Shown in pieces: positions 39,072 to 48,600 of a DNA stretch of 64,000 nucleotides (positions are counted from its first letter, which is position 1; each line of letters begins with the position of its first letter). Under the pieces are notes generated by a model. It worked only from the letters and a program-made list of their open reading frames with translations. It did not search any database and had not been told where the DNA came from. The translations under genes were made by a program, and so were the position numbers. Source of the stretch: a virus (Duplodnaviria > Heunggongvirae > Uroviricota > Caudoviricetes > Schitoviridae). The stretch lies in IMG/VR virus record IMGVR_UViG_2974569618_000001, positions 11,930-75,929 of that record; one strand, 5' to 3'.

Positions 39072-40376
39072 CTACTTAATTAGCCCCCCGAATTTCTCTG
39101 CTAAGTTGCCATAGAGCACTACCCGCTCACGAGCACGGGAGAAAGCAACGTACAGCAGACGTGCGGCAAGGTCAGCATTGCGACAAGTGGAAAGGTTGCC
39201 TAAGTCGATGTATGAGGTGTTGTACGAGGAACCCTGAGACTTATGCACCGTACATGCATCTCGTTGGCGAAGATCAGGATATTTGTTCTTCAATTCGAAG
39301 TACATCTGCCACTGTTTGTTGCGGCGATAATATGCCACCAGTGCATCGTAATGTTCCCTTTCCGTTGGCACAGGCACATCTTGGTAAATCTCACCCAGAC
39401 TGCCTTCCAGCACAGAACGGCGAACAGCCAATTCAGCACCATCAGGGAATTTGATAACCCTGTCCTTTGGATCCTGATCGATAATAATGACCTCCTTCTC
39501 AACGGAGATCATACCTTTGCCGATACGGACGGCAGAGTTATTGATCAGTGTTTCGCCCACGGTAAATACATCAGGTGGTAAGCCACGCAAATCACGAATG
39601 TGATCGTTGTACTGCATTACCCTGCCATTGGTATAGGCAAGGATACGGCTACCGCTATCTGGATCCAGAAAGACAGAATCCAGTTCCCGTTGCATCTCAT
39701 CATCAGTCAGCCAGTCAATAAAGCCCGGTACGACTTTGATAGGGTTAAATACACCCGTTTCAACGGTATCACGCAATTGTTGGTTAATATCCAGCAATGG
39801 TTGCTTGTCGGTACGCATCGGTTCCGTAAGCACATACATTGCGAGGTTATCCCGGTAAATTGGTGACAGAATTTCAAACACTGGAGCCAACTGACAGTGA
39901 TCACCTACATACACAATTTTGCAGTTGTATGTGCCTTCCATCAGCATGTCACGCAGTGGTTTATCTATCATCGAACACTCATCAATGAAGATGATTTTGT
40001 TACGATGAACAGTCCAGTTGCCTGATTTACTTAGCGTGGATCGACCTGTTTTATAGTCGTCCTTAACTGTCAGGTTCAGGAAGCTGTGAATCGTGGTGGT
40101 AGGACGATTGGTTGCCAGTGCAAGCACCTCAGCAGCCTTGTTGGTTGTGGCACACATCACCACTTCGTCATACTCAGCAGGGATACCCATCATCTTACAA
40201 GTCTGTAAGTAACGGGGCATGATCTCATCGATCATGTAGCCCATAGTGAATGTCTTACCGACACCACCGGGGCCAGACAGAATCATTTCCTTCTCTTTGC
40301 GGAGCAGGAACTGAAAGAATCCGTCAGCAGCGGATTTCTGTCCTGTGTTCAGGATAATGCTGGAATCTTTCATCAT
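39072..40376 (-). CDS. Dda/RecD-like SF1 DNA helicase
   Basis: Walker A GPGGVGKTF, Walker B IIFIDECSMID, motifs VYVGDHCQLAPV and TVHKSQGSSY. Confidence 0.7.
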   Translation of the reverse strand: MMKDSSIILNTGQKSAADGFFQFLLRKEKEMILSGPGGVGKTFTMGYMIDEIMPRYLQTCKMMGIPAEYDEVVMCATTNKAAEVLALATNRPTTTIHSFLNLTVKDDYKTGRSTLSKSGNWTVHRNKIIFIDECSMIDKPLRDMLMEGTYNCKIVYVGDHCQLAPVFEILSPIYRDNLAMYVLTEPMRTDKQPLLDINQQLRDTVETGVFNPIKVVPGFIDWLTDDEMQRELDSVFLDPDSGSRILAYTNGRVMQYNDHIRDLRGLPPDVFTVGETLINNSAVRIGKGMISVEKEVIIIDQDPKDRVIKFPDGAELAVRRSVLEGSLGEIYQDVPVPTEREHYDALVAYYRRNKQWQMYFELKNKYPDLRQRDACTVHKSQGSSYNTSYIDLGNLSTCRNADLAARLLYVAFSRARERVVLYGNLAEKFGGLIK

Positions 40377-40418
40377 TGGATCCTCATAAGTAAAAAGCCT
40401 TCCGAAGAAGGCTTACAT

Positions 40419-40871
40419 TTACTTAACGAATTGCCGAAGGTTCGCTTTAAAATAGTTCGGGCCTTTGGCAATTTTACGGTTCTCATCGAACACGGGTTCA
40501 CCATCGACGAACTTTGAAAAGTTAGAGGCATTTACCTCCATCATCGCACCGTGGATCGGTAAGTTCTGCATGTGAGCAACGCCCACATTGGTAACGATTT
40601 GGTCACACAGTGCGTCAAGGAATTCAGCTTCATCAGCGATAACATATTTCAGTTTCTCGTCTGATTGTTTCAGGTAAGCAGCCAGTTCGCCCAGTGCATG
40701 AATAGCCTGACCGATATAAGCATGAGCTTCTGGGGTAGTACCCTGCATTTGCTCAAGCATCTCTTTCACTTCTTCAAAGTGAACACCGGTCTGCACGTTA
40801 ACATTTTTGGTCTGAACTACTGGCACAGCTTTTTCAAACCACAGTTGTGTATCGAATAAAGGATTAGGCAT
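40419..40871 (-). CDS. Hypothetical protein; possible all-alpha MazG-like NTP pyrophosphohydrolase
   Basis: Contains a weak E..E / ADEAEFLDA acidic motif pattern. Confidence 0.3.
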   Translation of the reverse strand: MPNPLFDTQLWFEKAVPVVQTKNVNVQTGVHFEEVKEMLEQMQGTTPEAHAYIGQAIHALGELAAYLKQSDEKLKYVIADEAEFLDALCDQIVTNVGVAHMQNLPIHGAMMEVNASNFSKFVDGEPVFDENRKIAKGPNYFKANLRQFVK

Positions 40872-41196
40872 TCTCTTTCTGGTTCCGGTTATGGTACGCC
40901 TTGATGATCAACTGACGGACGTACTCTTTGATAGTCATGTGAGGGCCGAGCTGATCAGCCAGCCACTCCTGATTGGGTTCACTAAGCGTTTTGAATATGT
41001 CTTCCATGAAGGCACGACGAGTGTCAGCAGGATCAATACCCAGTGACTTCAAACGCAATGTGATGGTTGTTGAATGACAATTCAGCAACTTGGCGATAGT
41101 ACCCAGAGAAAGACCAACACTATTCAAACGGATAATGTCGTCATCTTCTGCTTTACGATTGGAACGATAGACGCTGGACATAAAAGTATCTCCCAT
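40864..41196 (-). CDS. Putative helix-turn-helix DNA-binding protein (110 aa)
   Basis: The track start is a TTG. ATG at 41196 with RBS AGAGGT. The segment LSLGTIAKLLNCHSTTITLRLKSLGI looks like an HTH. Confidence 0.45.
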   Translation of the reverse strand: MGDTFMSSVYRSNRKAEDDDIIRLNSVGLSLGTIAKLLNCHSTTITLRLKSLGIDPADTRRAFMEDIFKTLSEPNQEWLADQLGPHMTIKEYVRQLIIKAYHNRNQKENA

Positions 41197-41247
41197 AAAA
41201 AATACCTCTAATCCTATACGGATCAGAGGTATTTTGGAAGGTAACAA

Positions 41248-43122
41248 TTACTTGGTGTGCTGCTCAATATCAGCCTGCTCCGATGGAGACACGCCTAAAG
41301 CAGCCCAGCCTTTCTTCGCTTTCTTCTTGAGCAACAGGATTGCTCCGTATTGCTCTTTGGTCAGCGGGCCATTGTCCAGCATTTCACGGATCAGAGATGC
41401 AGGTGAACCAGACTTGGCACGACCAGACTCTTTACGTTTCTCTGCTTTGGCCTGAGCTTCCAGCATCGCATCAGCTTTCGGGTTGCTTTGCTTACGCAGT
41501 GACCCCATAACGAAGTTAACTTCGTCAGTGGTGAAGCCCAGTTTGTCCCAGCCTTTCTTGGCTCCTGATTTCATAGCCAGAATTTTCTGTGCCAGATCAT
41601 GAGCCACGTCAGATGTTTGAGCATCTTTCAGGCCGTTGAACATTGCCAGCATTGCACCAGATTTGGTGTATACCTTAGCAGCAGCTTTCGCCTTAACAGG
41701 CTTGGCTTTCTTGGCCTTAGCCTTCTTACTTACTTTGACCACAGGAGTTTCCTTCTGCTTTGGTTCCACCAGATCGGTGACTTTTACCGGATCGGCAACA
41801 GGTACGGTGACTTCATCGACCTTGTTTTCTTCCAGCGTTTGAGCTTCGCCAGCAGCGATAATAGCCTGCTCAATGGTGGCTTCTGCCACTTTGGTATAAG
41901 TGACATTGCTGCCCTTATGACCACCAACTTCGACGTGTTCGATCACGTTAATGTGATTTCCATGCAAAATGTTGTGCAGCAGTGATGCACCTTCTGGCAC
42001 AGACGAGATGGATCCACCACCGTTAACCAGATTACGCAGCTTGTCATCCAATACTGCGAGAATGTGATAACCACATACACGCATCTTGTTGACGCTGTAC
42101 TCTGGCACGGCAAACACGTCTTCTGGACGCACTTTGGCGATCACAGTCACACCACCTGAGAACGAACTCAGGTAAGACAGTGACGCCACATGCAGACCAT
42201 TAGAACAGTCCTGACGGCGGTTTGGATCCACCAGACCCGGACGCATGAAGACATACGAACCGACTTTCTGACGAATGTTCCCGCTATGCACATCGACGTA
42301 AACGCCAGCGGCTTTATCACGGGTGTTCAGACGTTTGTAGATGACGATACAGCCATCATCTGCAATTGGCAGATCGCCCTTCTCGATGAACTTCATCAGG
42401 TCTTCGACAGAGTGACCACGGTCATTAATGACCAGTTCCAGACGCTTCACGAAGTTAGAATAACCCGCATAGTTCTGGAGCTTGGCAAACTGGCGAAGCT
42501 GGTGGCCCATCTTGTGAGCGTCCGGCAGCACAGAACCAGTTTCGGTATTAACCGCAACAATGGTTTCTTTGCTCTCGTCCAGTGGCGTATGGAACTCAGG
42601 CTTATCGGTAGTGGTTGCACCATTACCCATCAGCATGTCCATGCGTTCACGAGCAGCATCGATCTTCTGATCGTTGGTCAGTTCTGCTTGCACATCTGCC
42701 TTTGGCTCAACGACAGGAGCCGGAGCCACAGGAATAATCGGGGCAGGCTCAGGGATTTTATCCCCCGGCTTCACACCGATTTCCAGTGGTGACACATGAG
42801 CAGCTTCCACCGGAACTTCGGTAGGCGACTCAGTGTTGATCAGTTTGTTGATCACCGATTTAGCGACACGGAAGAACTTAACCAGCCCCTTCGTGCCTTT
42901 CTCGGCTGCTTCGTACTCTTGACGAACAGCCACAATCGGAGTTATATCAACAACCGCAGTTTTACTGCCTGATCCCAGCTTCTGCTCTTTGGCCTGCTTC
43001 ACTACTTCGGGGAGACGGGCATCCCCCTGTTGTAGCTTCACAGTGGAGCCATCTTCTTTGTAGAGGATGGCCCACTTGCTATCGATGGACAGTGCCACGA
43101 TAGTAATCAGTGTTTTATTCAT
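41248..43122 (-). CDS. rIIB: rIIB-like protein (624 aa) with a repeated C-terminal AKKGW-x-LG motif
   Basis: Lies directly downstream of rIIA and overlaps it (ATGA). Assigned by synteny. Confidence 0.4.
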   Translation of the reverse strand: MNKTLITIVALSIDSKWAILYKEDGSTVKLQQGDARLPEVVKQAKEQKLGSGSKTAVVDITPIVAVRQEYEAAEKGTKGLVKFFRVAKSVINKLINTESPTEVPVEAAHVSPLEIGVKPGDKIPEPAPIIPVAPAPVVEPKADVQAELTNDQKIDAARERMDMLMGNGATTTDKPEFHTPLDESKETIVAVNTETGSVLPDAHKMGHQLRQFAKLQNYAGYSNFVKRLELVINDRGHSVEDLMKFIEKGDLPIADDGCIVIYKRLNTRDKAAGVYVDVHSGNIRQKVGSYVFMRPGLVDPNRRQDCSNGLHVASLSYLSSFSGGVTVIAKVRPEDVFAVPEYSVNKMRVCGYHILAVLDDKLRNLVNGGGSISSVPEGASLLHNILHGNHINVIEHVEVGGHKGSNVTYTKVAEATIEQAIIAAGEAQTLEENKVDEVTVPVADPVKVTDLVEPKQKETPVVKVSKKAKAKKAKPVKAKAAAKVYTKSGAMLAMFNGLKDAQTSDVAHDLAQKILAMKSGAKKGWDKLGFTTDEVNFVMGSLRKQSNPKADAMLEAQAKAEKRKESGRAKSGSPASLIREMLDNGPLTKEQYGAILLLKKKAKKGWAALGVSPSEQADIEQHTK

Positions 43123-45590
43123 GACTTGGTTCCGTTTTTAATCGCGATAAGAACGAGTTTTTTGATCGGTGACGCCAACTCAGGATTCTGCTTGATCTGA
43201 TCCAGCAGGTCATCTTCGTTGAAACGCCGTAAGATTGGATCCACATTCCAGACAGCCAGACGTGACAGGAACGGAAGTTTATCGCTTAAACTATAAGCAT
43301 CTACTTCACGGTACAGATCCTTATCAGCCTCTGTCCAGTCATCGCCCATCTTATTGCACATGCTGTAAGCAGAATATGCATCAAGAATGTTCACTAATGA
43401 CTCCAGATTAGGGTCATAACGCAGTTTATCCAACCCCGGAAGAGATACACCCAGCAGCTTCATTATCTTGATGGATTTACCCACGCTTGGGATTTTTTCC
43501 AGTCCCTTGCGTCGTTCCATACGCAGATACTTTTTGAATGCTGGATCAGCAATCGCTGTCATGAACTTACGAGCCAGAACAGGAACGTAAGGCTTTGCCC
43601 CACGGTTCTTAGCCATGTTCACTTCTGTGCCATTACGCACAACAACAATGCCGTCTTTCTCTTCATCCGTTAGCAAAGCATACGGGAAGACGCCACCAAT
43701 GTTGCTACCCAGATCTCTACTGTGAATGTAACCAATAGGCTTATCACAGGTCAGGTCTGATTTATGACCCTCGATGCTTGTGGAACTCATTCGCAGATGA
43801 TTTTTGTCATTGAAGAAACCACGCAGAGTGATCAACTGATTTTTCTTTTGCTTTTTGACGACAGGAGCCTTACCAGCCGCAGCAGCAGCTTGTTTGGCTT
43901 TCTTGTCAGCAAGACGCTGTTGAGCATCAGTATCCCAGCTATGGTTCTGAGTCAGATCCACTACGACAAAACCAGCATCACGGAATGCTTTAAAAGCAGT
44001 GTCAGGCTTTTCACCCTGATCCAGCTTATAAGCCCAGACAGTCTGGCGGTTCTCGATAGAAGGACAATCGTTGATAGCTCCCTTTACCGTACTAATACGG
44101 GTAGTCAGGAACACGATTTTGTTCTTCATCAGTTCACGCAGGCCGTATGGCTCATCCGGCAGATGCTCTGTAAAACCGTTTTTACGGACGTAACGATCAT
44201 AATGTCCATAATCACTTAGCATCAGCTTTTTGATCGACAGATCAGAATGCTTGGCAAAGATTTTGCCCAGAGGTTTCAGAACAATTTCACGTTTTAAACG
44301 GAACTCAGTTTCTTTAACGCTCAGACGGTTATTCCAGCGATCACCCAGTTCATGCATACTGTTGCGGAACTTACGCAGAGCTTTATCCTGCTTGGCATTG
44401 CCAAAGCTGAACGTTTTGAAATAACCAGCACTTTCTGCATTGGTCATACGCTGCAAGTGTTTGGTTCTGAGTTGTAGACACAGACCTGAGTTGAAATACT
44501 TACGCAATGACTGAGGCCAGATCATTTCCCAGAAATTCAGTTGATGATAATGACTGTAATTGTCATACGTCAGGCCAGCAGCCAGTTTCTTTTCGAGACT
44601 GTTCAGAGCACCGGGGATCATTGCCTGCAAGTCACGTTCGATGCATTTGACAAGTTCGGTACAGATGGTAACGATACCGTCCTCAGTCATTTTCTGGCTC
44701 GACAAAGCCTCACGGTTTGGTGTCAGTGCCAGTGTGCTTGGTTCAGCCTGAACCACGATGCGACGAAACTGAGCCATGTCACAGAAGTCTTCCAGCAGTT
44801 CCACAGCTTTCTGTGTTGCCGGAGTTCTGAGGATGGGATACACCACAGCACCGTAACGAACGAATACCTGATGATCACCCATATAGCCACGCCACCAGCG
44901 GTTATCTGGTGATTCGACAATATAGGAACCAGTGACAGGAGACAGGTTCATGACTGGCATTTCATGGCTTTCACCATCTTCATTGATCATTTCTGCTTTC
45001 ATGTCACCGTGTTGAACGATGGCATAGCAGTAATCACGAATTTCCTGATAGTCATCAGGCTCGATCTCAATGACCACAGACAAACCTGTTTCCGTGGTAG
45101 GAATATCCAGCACAGTAGAGATGCCGGGCAGTCCATTGGTTTCAGCACTGGACTTTGACAGGTTATAAATAACCTTACGGCCTTCACAGCAGTTAGTGAC
45201 ACGGAATGAGTCAACCAGAGCAAATGGGGATTTACATCCCAGACCAAAGCCACCAGTGGTTGCTTTGTCATTCTTCTTGGTTGAAGCACCGTAAGTGCCA
45301 TAGACTTTACCGATCAGGTCATGGGGAATGCCTTTACCGAAGTCACGGATGATCATCTCATTGTTTACCGTGAATTCGATCTGAATAGCTTTGTCAGTAA
45401 TGCCGGATTCGATATGGGAATCCCACGCATTACAGAGAGTTTCACGTACTACAGCCAGTTTCTGGTTGGAATACAGGTTTGATGACAGCATCTGAAAGAA
45501 AGATGCATCCTGCACCATCTCAAAAGCGATGGTTTTGGTTGCACCTAATGTTGCAGATACTGCCTGTTGTGTACTGTTCGATACTTCCAT
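43119..45590 (-). CDS. rIIA: rIIA-like protein with an N-terminal GHKL-type ATPase domain
   Basis: ATG at 45590 with RBS GAGGT. N-box LCNAWDS and G-box GGFGLGCKSPF. Confidence 0.65.
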   Translation of the reverse strand: MEVSNSTQQAVSATLGATKTIAFEMVQDASFFQMLSSNLYSNQKLAVVRETLCNAWDSHIESGITDKAIQIEFTVNNEMIIRDFGKGIPHDLIGKVYGTYGASTKKNDKATTGGFGLGCKSPFALVDSFRVTNCCEGRKVIYNLSKSSAETNGLPGISTVLDIPTTETGLSVVIEIEPDDYQEIRDYCYAIVQHGDMKAEMINEDGESHEMPVMNLSPVTGSYIVESPDNRWWRGYMGDHQVFVRYGAVVYPILRTPATQKAVELLEDFCDMAQFRRIVVQAEPSTLALTPNREALSSQKMTEDGIVTICTELVKCIERDLQAMIPGALNSLEKKLAAGLTYDNYSHYHQLNFWEMIWPQSLRKYFNSGLCLQLRTKHLQRMTNAESAGYFKTFSFGNAKQDKALRKFRNSMHELGDRWNNRLSVKETEFRLKREIVLKPLGKIFAKHSDLSIKKLMLSDYGHYDRYVRKNGFTEHLPDEPYGLRELMKNKIVFLTTRISTVKGAINDCPSIENRQTVWAYKLDQGEKPDTAFKAFRDAGFVVVDLTQNHSWDTDAQQRLADKKAKQAAAAAGKAPVVKKQKKNQLITLRGFFNDKNHLRMSSTSIEGHKSDLTCDKPIGYIHSRDLGSNIGGVFPYALLTDEEKDGIVVVRNGTEVNMAKNRGAKPYVPVLARKFMTAIADPAFKKYLRMERRKGLEKIPSVGKSIKIMKLLGVSLPGLDKLRYDPNLESLVNILDAYSAYSMCNKMGDDWTEADKDLYREVDAYSLSDKLPFLSRLAVWNVDPILRRFNEDDLLDQIKQNPELASPIKKLVLIAIKNGTKS

Positions 45591-45713
45591 TATTACCTCG
45601 GATGTTTGGGTAAGGGTTGATGAGTGTTTACAGCGAGGCTGACAGCCCTTTTCACATGACCGGGCCACAATCACGTTAAAGGTTTGGCCCTGCCAACCTC
45701 TCTGTAAAGACTC

Positions 45714-45743
45714 AATAAAAAAGGCCCAACATCCAGTTGGGCC
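45714..45743 (-). terminator. Rho-independent terminator after thyX
   Basis: GGCCCAAC-atcca-GTTGGGCC hairpin followed by TTTTTTATTG on the minus strand. Confidence 0.6.
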
Positions 45744-45832
45744 AACGTACTACACACAGCAATTTGGTGGGGTGACTTGCCTAGTCAGGTGAAAGCTGAC
45801 GTTCTGCGAGGAATCAGCAAGCCCCCGATTTG

Positions 45833-46783
45833 TTACCCCGGATAAAACTCACCGGGCAGCATCTTCCTGAACTGGTTCCAGCCAGTAAAGTTGCCATGTA
45901 ATGCTTTGTTCGCCCATGCCTGAACACCCCATGTCTCAGTGATCAACATATCGGGTGTTGCCTGATGTTCAGCAGGTGAAGCATGGAGAGGCTGACTGCC
46001 GAGCAAACGCTGATACAGTGTCAGATCTTCTTCCAGCGTGGACTTTTTACCAGAGTGCAGCATATAGCTGACACGAGCACAGCGGGCCGCAGAGACTTTA
46101 CACAGCAGACGTTCAATCTCTTCCAGACTTGGTTCGTCACGAGTGACACGGCCTTTCTTGAGATGATCGTATGCAGCAAGGTAATCGTTCTCGCGATCCA
46201 CGTATGGCAGATGCCACTCACCTGCTTTCAGCAGCACAGGCTTGAGCTTATTCATTTCCACTTGGATCATGTCCGACAGGATGCGAATCTCAGGCTGTGC
46301 ATCTTCGTGTGAACGCAGATGGAAAAAGTTCTGCCATTCTGTTGCTGTGACCAGCACATTGATATGACTCCACGGCTCCAGCAGACGGTTAACGATCTGC
46401 TTGTGGTATCCGGCATTATCAAATGCCTGAGCAATCTCGACCACACGATCACGAGCAGTGAGCCAAGCATCCTCTTTGCTTACGCCAATAGGACACTCAC
46501 CATCACGGAAATGCTCCAAGATAGTGACAGGTTCGTCGATTTGCTCATGAGCCTGCATACCGGGAATGTTCTTTCCCCAGTGCATAGGCATAGCCGGATC
46601 TTCCATAATGTCAGCGATGATACGCTTCACTGGAATAGCACGGCTGCTTGATGCATTACGGCTGAATTTACGGTGAGTCATCAACTCAGCATGAATGAAA
46701 CGGGGATAACGCAGTTGCACCGAAGTGATGCGATTACCCTGCTCATTGATGCTATCTGCGATGATTTGAACGGAAATTGTCAT
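45833..46783 (-). CDS. thyX: Flavin-dependent thymidylate synthase ThyX
   Basis: Motif THRKFSRNASSSR fits the ThyX signature RHR-x7-S-x-R. Confidence 0.7.
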   Translation of the reverse strand: MTISVQIIADSINEQGNRITSVQLRYPRFIHAELMTHRKFSRNASSSRAIPVKRIIADIMEDPAMPMHWGKNIPGMQAHEQIDEPVTILEHFRDGECPIGVSKEDAWLTARDRVVEIAQAFDNAGYHKQIVNRLLEPWSHINVLVTATEWQNFFHLRSHEDAQPEIRILSDMIQVEMNKLKPVLLKAGEWHLPYVDRENDYLAAYDHLKKGRVTRDEPSLEEIERLLCKVSAARCARVSYMLHSGKKSTLEEDLTLYQRLLGSQPLHASPAEHQATPDMLITETWGVQAWANKALHGNFTGWNQFRKMLPGEFYPG

Positions 46784-46965
46784 TAGACACCTGCTTGTTT
46801 TAGCTCTTGGAAAATGGCCTGACGAACAGCAAATGCTTCCTCTGGCTCATCGTTAGGACTGATCACAGGATTCTGCATCATGTTTTTAAGCTGTTCAGCT
46901 TCGCCGGGAGTGAGAACAAGGGTAACACGGACAAAGTTCTGATAATTTACTACGGCAGTAGCCAT
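46783..46965 (-). CDS. Hypothetical small protein (60 aa)
   Basis: RBS GGAGAA and TAATG coupling. Confidence 0.45.
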   Translation of the reverse strand: MATAVVNYQNFVRVTLVLTPGEAEQLKNMMQNPVISPNDEPEEAFAVRQAIFQELKQAGV

Positions 46966-47222
46966 TACGATTCTCCATCCAGATAAATAACTTGGGCAGA
47001 AGTGACCACCTCACGGTTGATCACCATCGGTTGTGCATCGACTTTCAGCCATTGACCGTTCTTCGACAGTTCATACTCTTCCAGATGAACAGAGTTTTCT
47101 GTCAGATTAAACGAACCACGAATACGGTCAGGCAGACCCAGTAAAGTAAGGCTAAGGTGAAATTCACGGCTGGCGTTGCCACGAACCTCCGTATTTTGTA
47201 ATGCTTGCTGGATAACATCCAT
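46965..47222 (-). CDS. Hypothetical protein (85 aa)
   Basis: RBS AAGGA. Confidence 0.45.
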   Translation of the reverse strand: MDVIQQALQNTEVRGNASREFHLSLTLLGLPDRIRGSFNLTENSVHLEEYELSKNGQWLKVDAQPMVINREVVTSAQVIYLDGES

Positions 47223-47231
47223 CTTTTGTCC

Positions 47232-48023
47232 TTAACAGTTGAGAGTAGCAATTAACTCCTTTGCACTGGATGCCCCACCAATAGATCTTGGTGCGTGAAT
47301 CTGGTGAATGGTAAATTGCTTATACAGTTCATGAGACAGCACAGCATTGGAATTACTCGCAATAATGGGGATGCCATAACTGCCGAGATCCAGCAATGCC
47401 TCTGCCAGTTCTTTTTGTTCCGGTAAGCCAAAGCCACCCGGAGCGTAATTAGTAAACGAGGATGTTGCAGTCAACGGAATATACGGTGGATCGATATAAA
47501 CAATATCGCCATGACGCACTTCCATTAACGTTGCCAACCAACCCTGATGTTTGAATTCTGCTCTTAGTGCTTGATTTGCAAAGTATTCAATCTCTTCCTG
47601 TGGGAAGTAAGGCGAATGGTATTTACCATACGGTACATTAAATTCTCCACTGGCATTGTATCGACACAGGCCATTAAAGCAGTGACGATTCAGGAAAAGA
47701 AATAAAGCAGAGCGATAAACAGTTGGAGTGCGAAACTCATTAAACCAACGACGAAGACGTATATAACTCGCTTCACTATTTTCTGTGGCGAATAACTTAC
47801 GGGCTTCATCAATCAGTTCCTGAGTATTATCACGACAGTTCAAATGGAAATTAATTAAATCCTGATTCACGTCACCAATTAAATATGACGGGTAATCAGT
47901 ATTAACCATTACAGCAGCAGAACCACCGAAAGGTTCAACCAGTCGTGTTGCAGGAGTAAGGTGGGGAGCAAGCCGATCCATGATACGAGCTTTGCTGCCA
48001 ACCCATTTAAGGGGAGTACGCAT
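47232..48023 (-). CDS. dam: DNA N6-adenine methyltransferase (Dam-like, D12 class)
   Basis: ATG at 48023 with RBS AGAGG. Motifs VEPFGGSAAV (motif I) and DPPY (motif IV). Confidence 0.75.
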   Translation of the reverse strand: MRTPLKWVGSKARIMDRLAPHLTPATRLVEPFGGSAAVMVNTDYPSYLIGDVNQDLINFHLNCRDNTQELIDEARKLFATENSEASYIRLRRWFNEFRTPTVYRSALFLFLNRHCFNGLCRYNASGEFNVPYGKYHSPYFPQEEIEYFANQALRAEFKHQGWLATLMEVRHGDIVYIDPPYIPLTATSSFTNYAPGGFGLPEQKELAEALLDLGSYGIPIIASNSNAVLSHELYKQFTIHQIHAPRSIGGASSAKELIATLNC

Positions 48024-48041
48024 AGAGCCTCTTTGGTTGTT

Positions 48042-48070
48042 ATAAAAAAGGACGGGCATTATACCCGTCC
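48042..48070 (-). terminator. Rho-independent terminator between dcd and dam
   Basis: GGACGGG-cattata-CCCGTCC hairpin followed by TTTTTTAT on the minus strand. Confidence 0.55.
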
Positions 48071-48105
48071 AGTTCATCAGCAGATGTTACAACCAGAAAA
48101 AAGAC

Positions 48106-48597
48106 TTACACGCTCTTACGAGCAGCTTGTGGCCCTTCTTCTTGGTTCTGATACTTGCCATCGTAGGCAGCATCAATGATGAGTTCGTGGAAGATCACCT
48201 GTGCAATGCCGGAACCAGCAGGAATAATGAGTTCTTCCTGCCCGTGGTAAACAAGTTCCAGTGTCAGGAAACCATTCCAGCCCGGTTCTATGACAGTGTT
48301 AAACACTGACAGTCCACGTCTTGCCCACGTTGATTTATCGTGGACAATGCCGACCAGACTACGTGGCATCTGGAATTCTTCCATTGTGGAAGCCAGAGTG
48401 AATCGGCCTACACGCAGGTTGTCACCACACTGAACCATAGGGGTATCCATTTTCACACCGAAACGAATATCCTGAGCAACACGAATATCGTAGCCAGCTT
48501 CTGACAGACCATAGGACACACCATGCTCAGAGAGTTTGGTTGTTTCCATGTCTTTGATCGGCTTGAGTAATAGCAGACGATCACGGTTAAAAATCAT
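48106..48597 (-). CDS. dcd: dCTP deaminase (dUTPase-fold)
   Basis: The C-terminal half aligns with E. coli Dcd (LVG..ARRGL..IEPGW.G.L.LE). Confidence 0.65.
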   Translation of the reverse strand: MIFNRDRLLLLKPIKDMETTKLSEHGVSYGLSEAGYDIRVAQDIRFGVKMDTPMVQCGDNLRVGRFTLASTMEEFQMPRSLVGIVHDKSTWARRGLSVFNTVIEPGWNGFLTLELVYHGQEELIIPAGSGIAQVIFHELIIDAAYDGKYQNQEEGPQAARKSV

Positions 48598-48600
48598 GAT

